Shown in pieces: positions 1 to 10,458 of a stretch of DNA of 64,000 nt (position 1 is the stretch's first letter; each line of letters opens with the position of its first letter). The stretch is taken from positions 401,240-465,239 of the forward strand of contig CAVQCI010000007.1 of NCBI GenBank assembly GCA_963710985.1, read 5' to 3'. The position numbers were made by a program, and so were the translations under genes. The stretch is from an uncultured Actinomycetes bacterium. Lineage in GTDB: Bacteria > Actinomycetota > UBA4738 > HRBIN12. Under the pieces are notes generated by a model, which saw only the letters and a list, made by a program, of their open reading frames with translations, did not search any database and was not told the origin of the DNA.

Positions 1-190
1 TCGCGCCCGACAGGCGTAAGACGTCGCGGAGCGCGTCTTCCGCGCTCTCGTACGACTTCATCCGCGTGCCGCCCATCGCCGGGCCCAGCCGGGTGGAGTG
101 CACGCCCACGAACATCCAGGTCCCAGTCGGCTCGTCGTACCGGGCGACGAGCTCCTCGCCGTCCCAGGACCGCAGGAGCGCATCGAACAT
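1..190 (-). CDS. Glu/Leu/Phe/Val dehydrogenase family protein, N-terminal fragment (gene runs off the left edge)
   Basis: Own translation of the minus strand from ATG at 190: MFDALLRSWDGEELVARYDEPTGTWMFVGVHSTRLGPAMGGTRMKSYESAEDALRDVLRLSGA. The H-x-T-x-LGPA-x-GGTRM and LRL motifs match leucine/valine dehydrogenases. Absent from the ORF track because it is truncated. Confidence 0.6.
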   Translation of the reverse strand, partial: MFDALLRSWDGEELVARYDEPTGTWMFVGVHSTRLGPAMGGTRMKSYESAEDALRDVLRLSGA

Positions 191-243
191 GGGCTCAGTC
201 TAGGAGCCGCATCGGCCGCAGGTGACGTGGGTCGCGCAGCCCT

Positions 244-777
244 CTACACGGGCGCTCGCTCGACGGTCAGGTGGTGCGCGGAGATCCCGAAGTAGATGCT
301 CGGGTCGTCGACCCGGTGCTGCACCAGGATCGTCCAGCGGCCGGCGGGCAGCACGCGGCTCTTCTCCATCGTCAGGGAGTAGTCGTCCTGCCCGACGCCC
401 GAGGTCACCTCGAGCACCGTCCTCATCGTGAACGGCAGCAGCGTGACGGTCTTCGTCGCGGTCTTCGCGAGGATCCGCAGCTGGCAGGCGCCGTTCCCGA
501 CCCCTGGCGTGTTCGGATCGCAGTACGTCATCCCGTCGAAGCGCGCCACGATCAGGTCCTTCTCCCCGGTCGGAACCCTCATCCGCACGCTCCCTACAGG
601 AACCCATCCCGTCGAGGAGGTCCCGACGAGCGCCTCGCTCCACTCGGTCTTCACCTGCTTGATCGCGCCCGCGGCCGAGCTGCCGGTCGCCGAGACGCGA
701 CCCGCGTACGCGACCGCGGTCCCGACCACCCCACCCACGATCGCCGCCACCGCCAGCATCGCACCCCATCTGCGCAT
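244..777 (-). CDS. hypothetical exported or membrane-anchored protein (177 aa)
   Basis: ORF 244..1053 trimmed to ATG 777 (MRRWGAMLAVAAIVGGVVGTAVAYA, an N-terminal hydrophobic helix). The longer ORF would overlap groEL. No family recognised. Confidence 0.45.
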   Translation of the reverse strand: MRRWGAMLAVAAIVGGVVGTAVAYAGRVSATGSSAAGAIKQVKTEWSEALVGTSSTGWVPVGSVRMRVPTGEKDLIVARFDGMTYCDPNTPGVGNGACQLRILAKTATKTVTLLPFTMRTVLEVTSGVGQDDYSLTMEKSRVLPAGRWTILVQHRVDDPSIYFGISAHHLTVERAPV

Positions 778-825
778 CGGACCCTCCTTCGGGACGTGGA
801 CGTGCGGACGATACCCCCGTACGCC

Positions 826-853
826 GAAGGGGGCGGCTCTCGCCGCCCCCTTC
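826..853 (-). terminator. GC-rich hairpin downstream of groEL
   Basis: Perfect 11-bp stem GAAGGGGGCGG / CCGCCCCCTTC with a 6-nt loop, about 29 nt past the groEL stop. No clear U-tract. Confidence 0.4.
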
Positions 854-881
854 CGGGACCTGCCGCTCGAGGACAGAGCGA

Positions 882-2525
<1,644 letters not shown>

Positions 2526-2536
2526 TCAGACGAGAC

Positions 2537-2560
2537 GGGGCTCGCGGTCCCGCGAGCCCC
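2537..2560 (-). other. intercistronic groES-groEL stem-loop
   Basis: Perfect 10-bp stem GGGGCTCGCG / CGCGAGCCCC with a 4-nt loop, in the 77-nt spacer between the groES stop (2579) and the groEL start (2501). Confidence 0.4.
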
Positions 2561-2578
2561 GGTCACGTGGATGCTCGG

Positions 2579-2878
2579 CTACTTCTTCTTCATCGTGGCC
2601 AGCACGTCGCGCGCGGAGAGGATCAGGTACTCCTCGCCGTCGACCTTGACCTCGGTGCCGCCGTACTTCGAGTAGATGACGGTGTCGCCGACGGCCACGT
2701 CCAGCGGCACGCGGTTCCCGTCCTCGAACCGGCCGGGGCCTACCGCCACGACCGTCCCTTCCTGCGGCTTCTCCTTCGCCGTGTCCGGGATCACCAGGCC
2801 CGACGCGGTCGTCGTGTCGCTCTCGTTCGCCTGCACGACGATCCGGTCCTCGAGCGGCTGGAGCTTGAAGTCCGCCAT
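2579..2878 (-). CDS. groES: co-chaperonin GroES
   Basis: 99 aa from ATG 2878 (GGAGG about 10 nt upstream): [20 protein letters not shown]...[31 protein letters not shown]. Trimmed from a spurious 486-aa ORF. Confidence 0.95.
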   Translation of the reverse strand: MADFKLQPLEDRIVVQANESDTTTASGLVIPDTAKEKPQEGTVVAVGPGRFEDGNRVPLDVAVGDTVIYSKYGGTEVKVDGEEYLILSARDVLATMKKK

Positions 2879-2928
2879 CCTCGACATCCCTCCTTGTGCT
2901 GTGTGCCTTCCGACCGATCTGCTTGCCG

Positions 2929-2955
2929 TTAGCACTCGCCGGTGACGAGTGCTAA
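2929..2955 (-). promoter_or_regulatory. CIRCE operator (HrcA binding site) upstream of groES
   Basis: TTAGCACTC-gccggtgac-GAGTGCTAA. This is an exact match to the consensus TTAGCACTC-N9-GAGTGCTAA, about 50 nt upstream of the groES start. Confidence 0.9.
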
Positions 2956-3058
2956 CAGGATAGCCAGGCGAGTGCCAAACGGTCAACGCGGTTGCTGGAC
3001 GTCCCCCGGGAGCGGGCAGGCGAGGAAGTGGCCAGGGCGGCGGTGCTAGCGTCTGGCC

Positions 3059-4132
3059 ATGCACGACCGTGACGTGCTGGTCGTCGACGACCCGGACGTG
3101 CGGACCGCGGGTCGCACGTCGCTCATGACGGTACGCGCGCTCGCGGCGGGCGGGTACCGGCCCCTCCTGGTCACGAACGATCGTCGCTCGATGGCGGGCG
3201 CGTCCGACTCGTGTGCCGGGGTCTTCGTCGCGGATGAGCCGACGACCTCGGGCGTCCTCGCCACCGTGCGAGCGGTCACCGCGAGGATCGGGGAGGTCCC
3301 CACGTTCCCGACGGGCGACGGCATGGTCCTCGCGCTGCATCCCGGGTACGGGCATCTCGTGGACAAGTCGTGCCTCGCCGAGCGGGCGAGCGGGGTCGGG
3401 TTCGAGATGCCGCCCACGCAGCTGGCGCAGGACCGGACGGAGGCACGGTCGATCCACGAGCGCCTCCGCTTCCCGGTGGTCGTGAAGCCTGCCCTCGGCC
3501 ACGGCACCCGGATCGCCCGCGACCCGGCGTCGTTCCTCACGATGGTCCAAGGTCCGTTCCCCATGCTGGTCCAGCCCTATCTCCCCCTGGAGATCCGCAC
3601 GGTCGCCGGCGTCGTCCACGACGGTCGCTTCCGCGCGCTCGTCCATCAGCGCTTCCTGCGCATATGGCCCCCGGACGCCGGGATGGCCGCCGCCTCGATC
3701 ACGACGCCGCCGGATCCGGAGCGCGAATCCAAAGCGCTGGCGCTCCTCGAAGGGTTCGACGGCGTGTTCCAGCTGCAGTTCCTGGGGCCCTACCTGATGG
3801 ACGCCAACCTCCGCGTGTACGCCTCCCTGTCGCTCGCGCTCGCCGCCGGCGTGAACCTCCCCGCGATCTGGTGCGACGCGCGACGCGGCGACGACGCGCC
3901 CCTGCGACGCGCACGTCCCGGCGTCTTCTACCGTTGGTTGGACGCGGACATCCGTCACGCGATCGTGAGCGTCCGTCGCGGCACGCTCTCTCCGTTCGCG
4001 GCCGCGCGGCAGCTCCGGCCGCGACGCCAAACCGCGCACGGCGGCCCGGAGTCGCTCTCGGATCCGAAACCGTCGGTCGCGCGCCTCCGACAGGTGACGT
4101 CTGCCCTTCTGCAGCAGCGGGGACGCGGGTGA
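3059..4132 (+). CDS. ATP-grasp domain protein
   Basis: 357-aa ORF with ATP-grasp-like segments ([36 protein letters not shown]). Family-level call only. Its stop overlaps the next start. Confidence 0.55.
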   Translation: MHDRDVLVVDDPDVRTAGRTSLMTVRALAAGGYRPLLVTNDRRSMAGASDSCAGVFVADEPTTSGVLATVRAVTARIGEVPTFPTGDGMVLALHPGYGHLVDKSCLAERASGVGFEMPPTQLAQDRTEARSIHERLRFPVVVKPALGHGTRIARDPASFLTMVQGPFPMLVQPYLPLEIRTVAGVVHDGRFRALVHQRFLRIWPPDAGMAAASITTPPDPERESKALALLEGFDGVFQLQFLGPYLMDANLRVYASLSLALAAGVNLPAIWCDARRGDDAPLRRARPGVFYRWLDADIRHAIVSVRRGTLSPFAAARQLRPRRQTAHGGPESLSDPKPSVARLRQVTSALLQQRGRG

Positions 4133-5256
4133 GCGACGCCGGGCTCGCCGGGGCCGGCGAAGCCCCGCGCGTGCTCGTCGTGGGGCAGGGCGAGCCGTCC
4201 CGCGGCGGGATCCCGAGCTTCATCCGGACCCTCCTGGACGACCCGTGGCTCCGTGAGCGCGCCCGGCTCTCCTTCCTGAACACGACCCACGAACCGACGC
4301 GACCGGGCGCCGCGACGCTCGCGAACCTCCGCTGGGCCGTCGACGACGTGCGGCGCGTCCGCAGCGCGGCGCGCGGCGTCGACGTCGTGCACCTGAACCT
4401 GGCGCCGGCGCCGCTGCTCCCCCTCGTCCGCGCGATCTCGCTCGCCCTGGCCGCGAGGTCCGCAGGCGCTCGCGTGGTGCTGCACGCGCACAGCGGCCGG
4501 CTCCACCTCGCCGCGCGCGGACGCGCCTACCGCCTCGCGCTCCGTGCGCTCGTCCGCGCCACCGATGCGATCGTGGTCGTGTCGGATAACGGGGTGGAGA
4601 CCGTGCGCGCCGCCGGCGGCGACGCCGAGCTCCTGCCGAACGCGGTGGACACCTCCGCCTTCGCCCCCGGGGCGCGTGACCCCGACCGCGTCGGGGTCAC
4701 GTTCGTCGGGACGATCTGCGAGCGCAAGGGCCTCGACGACCTCCGCGCCGCGCTCCTGCAGCTGCAGGCCGAGCGCGCCATCCCCGAACGCATCCGCGTG
4801 CGGCTCGTCGGCGACGCCCGCCAGGAGGGCCCCGGTGTGTTCGAACGGGTCCGCGACGCCTACGCGGCGAGCGGGCTCGGCTGGGTCGAGTTCACCGGGG
4901 CCCTCCCGCCCGAGGAGATCCGCGAGGTCCTGGCCACGTCCGAGGTGTTCTGCCTCCCCTCGCACTGGGAAGGCATGCCGATCTCGATGCTCGAGGCGAT
5001 GGCGGCAGGCACGGCGGTGGTCGCGACTCGCGTGGGCGACATCCCCGCCGTGCTCGAGGACGGCCGCGCCGGGGTCCTCGTGGACGTGCGGTCGCCGTCG
5101 CAGCTCGCCGACGCGCTCGGCCGACTGCTGGACGATCCGGACGTACGCCGCCGCCTCGGCGAGGCCGCCCGCGAGATCGCCGTGGCGCGCTACGACCGCC
5201 GCCGGATGACGCAGAGGCTCCTGGAGATCTACCGCCGGCTCGCCTACTCGATGTAG
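4129..5256 (+). CDS. glycosyltransferase family 4 (GT-B)
   Basis: GTG 4129 overlaps the upstream TGA (GTGA). C-terminal GT4 signature [31 protein letters not shown] (E-x7-E). Trimmed from a 628-aa ORF. Confidence 0.8.
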   Translation: MSDAGLAGAGEAPRVLVVGQGEPSRGGIPSFIRTLLDDPWLRERARLSFLNTTHEPTRPGAATLANLRWAVDDVRRVRSAARGVDVVHLNLAPAPLLPLVRAISLALAARSAGARVVLHAHSGRLHLAARGRAYRLALRALVRATDAIVVVSDNGVETVRAAGGDAELLPNAVDTSAFAPGARDPDRVGVTFVGTICERKGLDDLRAALLQLQAERAIPERIRVRLVGDARQEGPGVFERVRDAYAASGLGWVEFTGALPPEEIREVLATSEVFCLPSHWEGMPISMLEAMAAGTAVVATRVGDIPAVLEDGRAGVLVDVRSPSQLADALGRLLDDPDVRRRLGEAAREIAVARYDRRRMTQRLLEIYRRLAYSM

Positions 5257-6872
5257 CCGAGACCCCGCAGCGACTCCTCGATCGCCTGCTCGTCCTCCTC
5301 GGAGAAGGGGTAGTGGGCGCTGCCCGGCTCGGGCTCCTCCCCCGCCGGGACCACCGCCTCGCGGACCTCGCCCGTCACCGCGCCGCTCAGGATCTCCTCC
5401 GCGACGCGGCCGTCCAGTCCCGCCGGCACCTCGAGCCCTCCCACGCGGAACGCCGTCGGCAAGACGTCGACGATGTCCAACGGCGCGGGGAGCGAGCCGG
5501 TCACGAACGCCGGCCCGGCGCCGATGAAGACGCCGTCCTGGTGGTGATAGCCCCAGGGGCGATCGCGATGGTCGGTCAGCACCGAGGTGGCGGCGAGCGT
5601 GTCGCTCAGCTCGTACCGCTGGTCGCGGCAGACCGGGAACAGGTGCGGCGCGCGCGGCGCGAACGGGCCCTGCGCCGCCTCCTCACGGCGGACCACCCGA
5701 TCCACGACGGGTTCGCCGTCGGCCGGGTCGAGGAGCGCGAGCAGCCGCTCGGTGAGCTCTGCCTCGATCGCCCCGACGTCTCTCGGATCCACCACGCCCA
5801 ACGGCAGCGCGCCGCGCTCGTTCACGTGGATCCCCTGCTCGGCGACTTGCGAGGCGAACGCGCGGGTCCGTTCCCACTCGATCCCGCGGTTGATCCGGCT
5901 CTTCGCCGACAGCAGGAGACCGCGGGGCAGCAGCTTGCGAGCGGCCGCCTGGATCGGACCGGCGACCACCCCGAGGCGCGTGATCCGGCTGACGGCCGGC
6001 AGGCGCAGGTAGCCCCACTCCTGCAGCAGGAGGTTCACGTTGAGCGTCTTCTCCCATGGGCCCGCGCCGTGGTCGGAGGTCACGATCACGTTGCCGTCCT
6101 CGCCGGCCCATGCCACGAGGTCCCCGATCGCCTGGTCCAGCTCGGCGAAGTAGGACCAGGCGCGGCGGCGGAACTCGGGGGCCTCCGGACGCCCGTACCA
6201 CGCGGAGCTCTCCACGAGGTACTGGTAGTGCAGGTGCTGCAGCCGGTCCGGCCCTTCGAACACCGCGAACAGGAACTCCACGTCGCGCCGCTCGAGCAGT
6301 GCCGCGAGGACCTTGCGTCGCATCCTCTGGATCCGCTCGACCTCGTCGATCGACTCGGGGCGGGCCCAGTCGTTCTCGTAGGACACGACGGTGTCGATCG
6401 GGTACGCGCCCCCGCTCACCTCCTCGACGATCTTCGCGACCTCGGCGTCTGAGGCGAACCCACCGGTGTCGGGCGAGGTCCACCCGGCCGCGAGCCCGCC
6501 GGAGACCATGAACCCGCGGACATCCTTCGCGGGCGGGTAGGTCATCGGCACGTTGTAGACGCCGATCGGGGTCTCGCGCTCGGCGGCGTAGCGCCAGATC
6601 GGCGTCGCCGAGATCGTCCCGGAGTGCGCGATCTTCACCGGCTCCTGCGGGGTGGTGGCGAGGAAGCCGTAGACGTTGTGCCGGCCGGGGTTCACCCCGG
6701 TGAGCATCGAGACCCAGGCCGGCGGCGTGTACGCGGGGGTCGTGGAGCGCAAGGTGCCGTCCACCCCTCGCTCGCGGAGCGCGGCGAGGGCCGGCACGAC
6801 GCCGTCCGCACAGAGCGGGTCGAGCAGGCGGAACGTCGCCCCGTCGAGCCCGATGATCGCCGTCTTCCCCAC
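5244..6872 (-). CDS. alkaline-phosphatase-fold / nucleotide pyrophosphatase-phosphodiesterase (NPP) family protein, paralog 1
   Basis: Motifs IIGLDGATF, TPPAWVSMLTGVNPGRHNVYGF and VTSDHGAG; C-terminus RGLGYIE. Start set to GTG 6872 (GGAGG 8 nt upstream); ATG 6944 is the alternative. The 3' end overlaps GT4 convergently by 13 nt. Confidence 0.7.
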   Translation of the reverse strand: MGKTAIIGLDGATFRLLDPLCADGVVPALAALRERGVDGTLRSTTPAYTPPAWVSMLTGVNPGRHNVYGFLATTPQEPVKIAHSGTISATPIWRYAAERETPIGVYNVPMTYPPAKDVRGFMVSGGLAAGWTSPDTGGFASDAEVAKIVEEVSGGAYPIDTVVSYENDWARPESIDEVERIQRMRRKVLAALLERRDVEFLFAVFEGPDRLQHLHYQYLVESSAWYGRPEAPEFRRRAWSYFAELDQAIGDLVAWAGEDGNVIVTSDHGAGPWEKTLNVNLLLQEWGYLRLPAVSRITRLGVVAGPIQAAARKLLPRGLLLSAKSRINRGIEWERTRAFASQVAEQGIHVNERGALPLGVVDPRDVGAIEAELTERLLALLDPADGEPVVDRVVRREEAAQGPFAPRAPHLFPVCRDQRYELSDTLAATSVLTDHRDRPWGYHHQDGVFIGAGPAFVTGSLPAPLDIVDVLPTAFRVGGLEVPAGLDGRVAEEILSGAVTGEVREAVVPAGEEPEPGSAHYPFSEEDEQAIEESLRGLGYIE

Positions 6873-7078
6873 GCCCTGCACCTCCGCCGCCCTTCCCGAC
6901 GCGACCAGCGACGGCCGAGACGCGGGCCTTTCGTCCTCCCCCATGCCCCGGCCGGATCACGTCGGTTCCGCCGATGTCCGGGGGGTCCGAACGAACCGAT
7001 ACCTGGATCGACAGCGTACCGTCCGGCGGCTCGGCAAGGCCCCGCATCCTCGCCGCCGCCACTGCTGAGGGGGATACC

Positions 7079-8332
7079 GTGTCTGGTGGTCCGGGCCGAG
7101 CGCAGGCGCCGTCCGTGCTGTCCCGTTCGCGCGGGTGGATCGTGCTCGCGGTCGTCATGCTGCAGCTGCTCGTGTTCATCGCGGTCGGATCTGCGACCGG
7201 CAAACCGTCGAAGCGCTGCGACCCGACGAAGATCGTCTGTACCAAGCGGTCGCCGTCGCCGTCTCCGTCGCCGAGCGCCTCTTCGACCGCCGCTCCTTCG
7301 CCGAGCGCCTCGCCGACGACCTCACCGTCGCCGTCGCCCTCGCCGGTCCAGCCCACGTCCTCGTCGTCGACCGCCTCGCCCACGGCCACCTCGTCGTCCT
7401 CGAGCCCGTCCCCGACGGCCACGTCCTCGTCGTCGTCGGCGCCCACGTCCTCCGAAGGGATCTTCGAGGCGACGAGCTACTGGAACACGCCGCTCCCCGC
7501 CTCGGCGCCGGTCGACCCGAACTCGAACGCGATCATCGCTTGGCTCCAGGCCGACAACACGACGAACTACCTCCGCCTCGGCGGCGCTACGTCGGCGGGC
7601 ACGTGGGGCAACCCCGTCTACTGGGCCGAGCCGAGCGACCCCACGTACGCCGTCGTCAACACGTGCTCGATGTCCCAGCCGGGGGAGTTCCGCTCCGTGC
7701 GGATCCCGATCGGCGCCCTGCCCGACCCTTCGTCGGATGCGGCGATGACCCTCTACGACCAGAGCGCGGGCATCGTGTACGGCTTCTGGCACACGAGCTA
7801 CGACGCCACCCGCAACGTGTGGAGCGCCTGCGGCGGGACCGTCTACCACCTCGGCTCCAACGGTCTGCATCACGACCTCGCGGCCAGCGACGACCCTCGG
7901 AACACCGGCCACCGCGGGGTGCCTCCCTCCACCTACGCCGCGCTGTACGACGAGATCAAGGCCGGATCGATCGACCACGTGCTGAAGATCGCCGTGGATA
8001 CCACAGGATGCGCACACGTCTTCCCGATGGTCGGCGACGAGTGCGGCACGACCGCGGCGGACGCGCCGCCCGAAGGCACACGGATCAGGATCGACCCGTC
8101 GCTGGACCTGTCCAAGCTCGGACTCTCTTCGGCCGCGCTCGTGATCGCGAAGGCCCTGCAACGCTACGGCGCCGTGATCGGCGACCAGTCGGGCGGCCCC
8201 GTCACGCTGAAGCTCGAGAACACGATCGCGGAAGGCAGGGGCTTCCTGTGGGATCACGTGCTCACCGCCACCGCGCTTCAGGCGATCCCGCTCAGCTCCT
8301 ACGAGGTCGTGCGGCTCGGCTACTCGCCCTAG
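7079..8332 (+). CDS. membrane-anchored/secreted protein with Ser/Pro/Thr-rich linker and a C-terminal domain of unknown function
   Basis: Start set to GTG 7079 (GAGGGGGA upstream); ATG 6974 is the alternative. Hydrophobic helix GWIVLAVVMLQLLVFIAVGSA, then about 80 aa of S/P/T linker, then a roughly 290-aa domain (YWNTPLP...IDHVLKIAV...PPEGTRIRIDPSLDL...) that I cannot place in a family. Confidence 0.5.
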   Translation: MSGGPGRAQAPSVLSRSRGWIVLAVVMLQLLVFIAVGSATGKPSKRCDPTKIVCTKRSPSPSPSPSASSTAAPSPSASPTTSPSPSPSPVQPTSSSSTASPTATSSSSSPSPTATSSSSSAPTSSEGIFEATSYWNTPLPASAPVDPNSNAIIAWLQADNTTNYLRLGGATSAGTWGNPVYWAEPSDPTYAVVNTCSMSQPGEFRSVRIPIGALPDPSSDAAMTLYDQSAGIVYGFWHTSYDATRNVWSACGGTVYHLGSNGLHHDLAASDDPRNTGHRGVPPSTYAALYDEIKAGSIDHVLKIAVDTTGCAHVFPMVGDECGTTAADAPPEGTRIRIDPSLDLSKLGLSSAALVIAKALQRYGAVIGDQSGGPVTLKLENTIAEGRGFLWDHVLTATALQAIPLSSYEVVRLGYSP

Positions 8333-8487
8333 ACCGGTCGGCCGGGCGTCGCTCGACCGATGCGTAGGCCTATCCGAGTCGGTAACGTGAGGGTGTCGTT
8401 GACCACGAGTGAACGACCCTGACGCTCCGGAACGCGGGTCACCCCGTCCTCACCGGGCGGGGTCGACGCGCGGAAGGATGGACGTAG

Positions 8488-9474
8488 GTGGAAGGGTTGA
8501 TCCGGTACGTCTGGCGTCGCTGGTGGATGTTGGTCGCCGGCGTCGTGCTCGGGGGGCTCCTCGGTTTCGCGGTGACGGCGATCCATCAGGACGCGTACGT
8601 GGCGCAATCGTTGGTCGTCCTGACCGACTCGCAGATCCCGTCCACGCAGTTCGTCGACGTGGCTCGGTCGGTGTTCAGCACCGACACGGTCCTCTCGCCC
8701 GTGATCTCCGAGCTCGGGATCAAGGACGAGACACCCCGGAGCCTGATCTCCTCCGGCGCCCTGTCGGTCGTGGCCACGCCCGGCGGGCAAGCCGTGCAGG
8801 TCGTCGCGAAGACGCAGCAGCCGGCGCTCAGCGTCGACCTCGCCAACGCGGCGGCGAAGTCGCTCAAGGACGTCGGCCAGAGCAACGGCCTCGGCACGTT
8901 CGCGCAGTTCGAGACGCAGGGGCCCGCGCGCCGGCAGGCCGACCCGGTCCTGCGCTACACGCTCGCGGGCGCGATCCTCGGGTTCGTGATCGCGGGGCTC
9001 GGGCTCACGCTCTGGTACCTCGCCAAGCACGGCCTCGCCCTTGCCGGCGACCCGCTCAGGGCCGACGCCACGTTCCGGGTGCACGTCAAGGCCGCCGAGA
9101 CCGACGGCGACGGGGTCACCCACCCCCTCGACTTCGCCCCCGAACACGCGCTCCCGGCGCTCTTGCAGGGGATCGAGTCCGGATCCGGAGGCGGCCCCGT
9201 GATCGGCGTCGTCGTGGACGACGGGCGCGACCTCTGGGCGCCGCTCGCCGTCGCGGAGCAGCTGGCGTCGCTCACCGACCACGATGGTGTCGCGCCGTTC
9301 CGCTGGTCGCGCTCGAGCGAGCCGATCCCGCAGACGGATGCGGCATGCGTCGCGGTGATCGCGAGCGAACGCGCGTCCACGGCGCGGCTGCACGACGTGG
9401 GGCGGCAGCTGAGCGACTTCGGTGAGCCGTACCTCGTCCTGGTGCGCGTCTCCGGGTCCGACGTCTCGTCGTGA
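8488..9474 (+). CDS. polysaccharide co-polymerase (Wzz/PCP-like) protein, paralog 1
   Basis: GTG 8488 with GGAAGGA SD. Two hydrophobic helices (WWMLVAGVVLGGLLGFAV; YTLAGAILGFVIAGLGLTLWYL) bracket a roughly 150-aa exported segment. The roughly 110-aa cytoplasmic tail has no P-loop. Confidence 0.55.
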   Translation: MEGLIRYVWRRWWMLVAGVVLGGLLGFAVTAIHQDAYVAQSLVVLTDSQIPSTQFVDVARSVFSTDTVLSPVISELGIKDETPRSLISSGALSVVATPGGQAVQVVAKTQQPALSVDLANAAAKSLKDVGQSNGLGTFAQFETQGPARRQADPVLRYTLAGAILGFVIAGLGLTLWYLAKHGLALAGDPLRADATFRVHVKAAETDGDGVTHPLDFAPEHALPALLQGIESGSGGGPVIGVVVDDGRDLWAPLAVAEQLASLTDHDGVAPFRWSRSSEPIPQTDAACVAVIASERASTARLHDVGRQLSDFGEPYLVLVRVSGSDVSS

Positions 9475-10445
9475 CGATGCGTACCGCCGAACGCACGCCG
9501 GTGCGCCGAGGGCTGCTGAGGCAGCGCGCCTCGGGGCTCGGGACCGGCGGCGACGACACCCTGCTCGTCGCGTGGATCCGCCACTACACGACCGTGATCG
9601 TGCTGTTCGTCCTCGGCACCGTGATCCTGGCGCTCACCTGGGGAGCGCTCACGCTGCCCAAGACCGAGGTCTGGTCGATCGTGGTCGACACCCAGCAGGT
9701 GCTGCCCTCGAGGCAGCTCGGCGTCGTGGCGGAGGCGTTGTTCCGCGCGGAGACCACCTACCGGATCGCGCTGCCCGAGGTCGGCATGACGGACCCGAAC
9801 GAGCTGTACAAGACGGTCCAGCTGATGTCGGTCCCGGAGTCGCGGATCTTGATCATCGTCGCCAAAGGCAGCGACCCGTACCAGGCGTCGCGCGCGGCCG
9901 ACGCGATGGCTCGCGCCCTCGCGCAGGCGTTCGACCAGGCGGGCTACCCGGGCTTCACGGTGCTCGGCTCGCCCCAGCCGGCGCCGATCCCGTCCACGAT
10001 CTCGACCCCCGTCCTCGCATTGCTCGGGGCGCTGGTGGGACTCCTGCTCGGTCTCGGCACCACGATCCTCATCTACCGCGCGAAACATCCGTTGATCGCG
10101 ATGCAGCGCGCGGCGGAGTTCGTGGGACCCCAGACCGTGTTCTCGGCGCCGGGACGTCGCCGATGGCTCGGCGCCCTGCGCACGCATCCGCCGGGGCTCA
10201 CTCGCGCCGGCGTCGGCGTGATCCAGGCGACCATCCCACCGGACGCGGAGGGGTTCCGGATCGTCACGCCGGGCCTCGACGAACGTCGCCGGGAGGAGCT
10301 CCTGCGCGAGCTGGGCGTCTCCGAACACGAGGAAGGACGTCCGCTCCTCGTCTGCGATCCCAAGACGCGGGAAGACGACCTCCTGCGGGCGATGCTCGGT
10401 CGCGCCGACGACGACGGGCCGCCGACCCTCCTGTGGCTCGAGTGA
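9471..10445 (+). CDS. polysaccharide co-polymerase (Wzz/PCP-like) protein, paralog 2
   Basis: GTG 9471 overlaps the upstream stop (GTGA). Same two-helix topology (TVIVLFVLGTVILALTWGAL; VLALLGALVGLLLGLGTTILIY) and a P-loop-less C-terminal tail. Confidence 0.45.
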   Translation: MTMRTAERTPVRRGLLRQRASGLGTGGDDTLLVAWIRHYTTVIVLFVLGTVILALTWGALTLPKTEVWSIVVDTQQVLPSRQLGVVAEALFRAETTYRIALPEVGMTDPNELYKTVQLMSVPESRILIIVAKGSDPYQASRAADAMARALAQAFDQAGYPGFTVLGSPQPAPIPSTISTPVLALLGALVGLLLGLGTTILIYRAKHPLIAMQRAAEFVGPQTVFSAPGRRRWLGALRTHPPGLTRAGVGVIQATIPPDAEGFRIVTPGLDERRREELLRELGVSEHEEGRPLLVCDPKTREDDLLRAMLGRADDDGPPTLLWLE

Positions 10446-10458
10446 TGGAGGACCTCGC

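Noticed and set aside
98-295. 65-aa plus-strand ORF and other short ORFs overlapping the left-edge genes
   Set aside because: It is antisense to the dehydrogenase fragment and to the 244-777 gene, and has no SD or motif.
2956-3058. Mobile-element borders (integrase, tRNA, direct repeats) for the accessory block
   Set aside because: I found none at either end (2.9-3.1 kb, 21.4-25.9 kb) or inside. The right side is translationally fused to tsaD.
7250-7450. Repetitive tcg/ccg/acg stretch as a CRISPR-like or satellite array
   Set aside because: It is in frame within a CDS and encodes a Ser/Pro/Thr linker. The repeats are imperfect and show no spacer-repeat periodicity.
8488-10445. The two Wzz-like ORFs as one gene split by a frameshift
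   Set aside because: Each ORF has its own complete helix-loop-helix-tail architecture. The junction is the same clean GTGA overlap used by intact gene pairs elsewhere.
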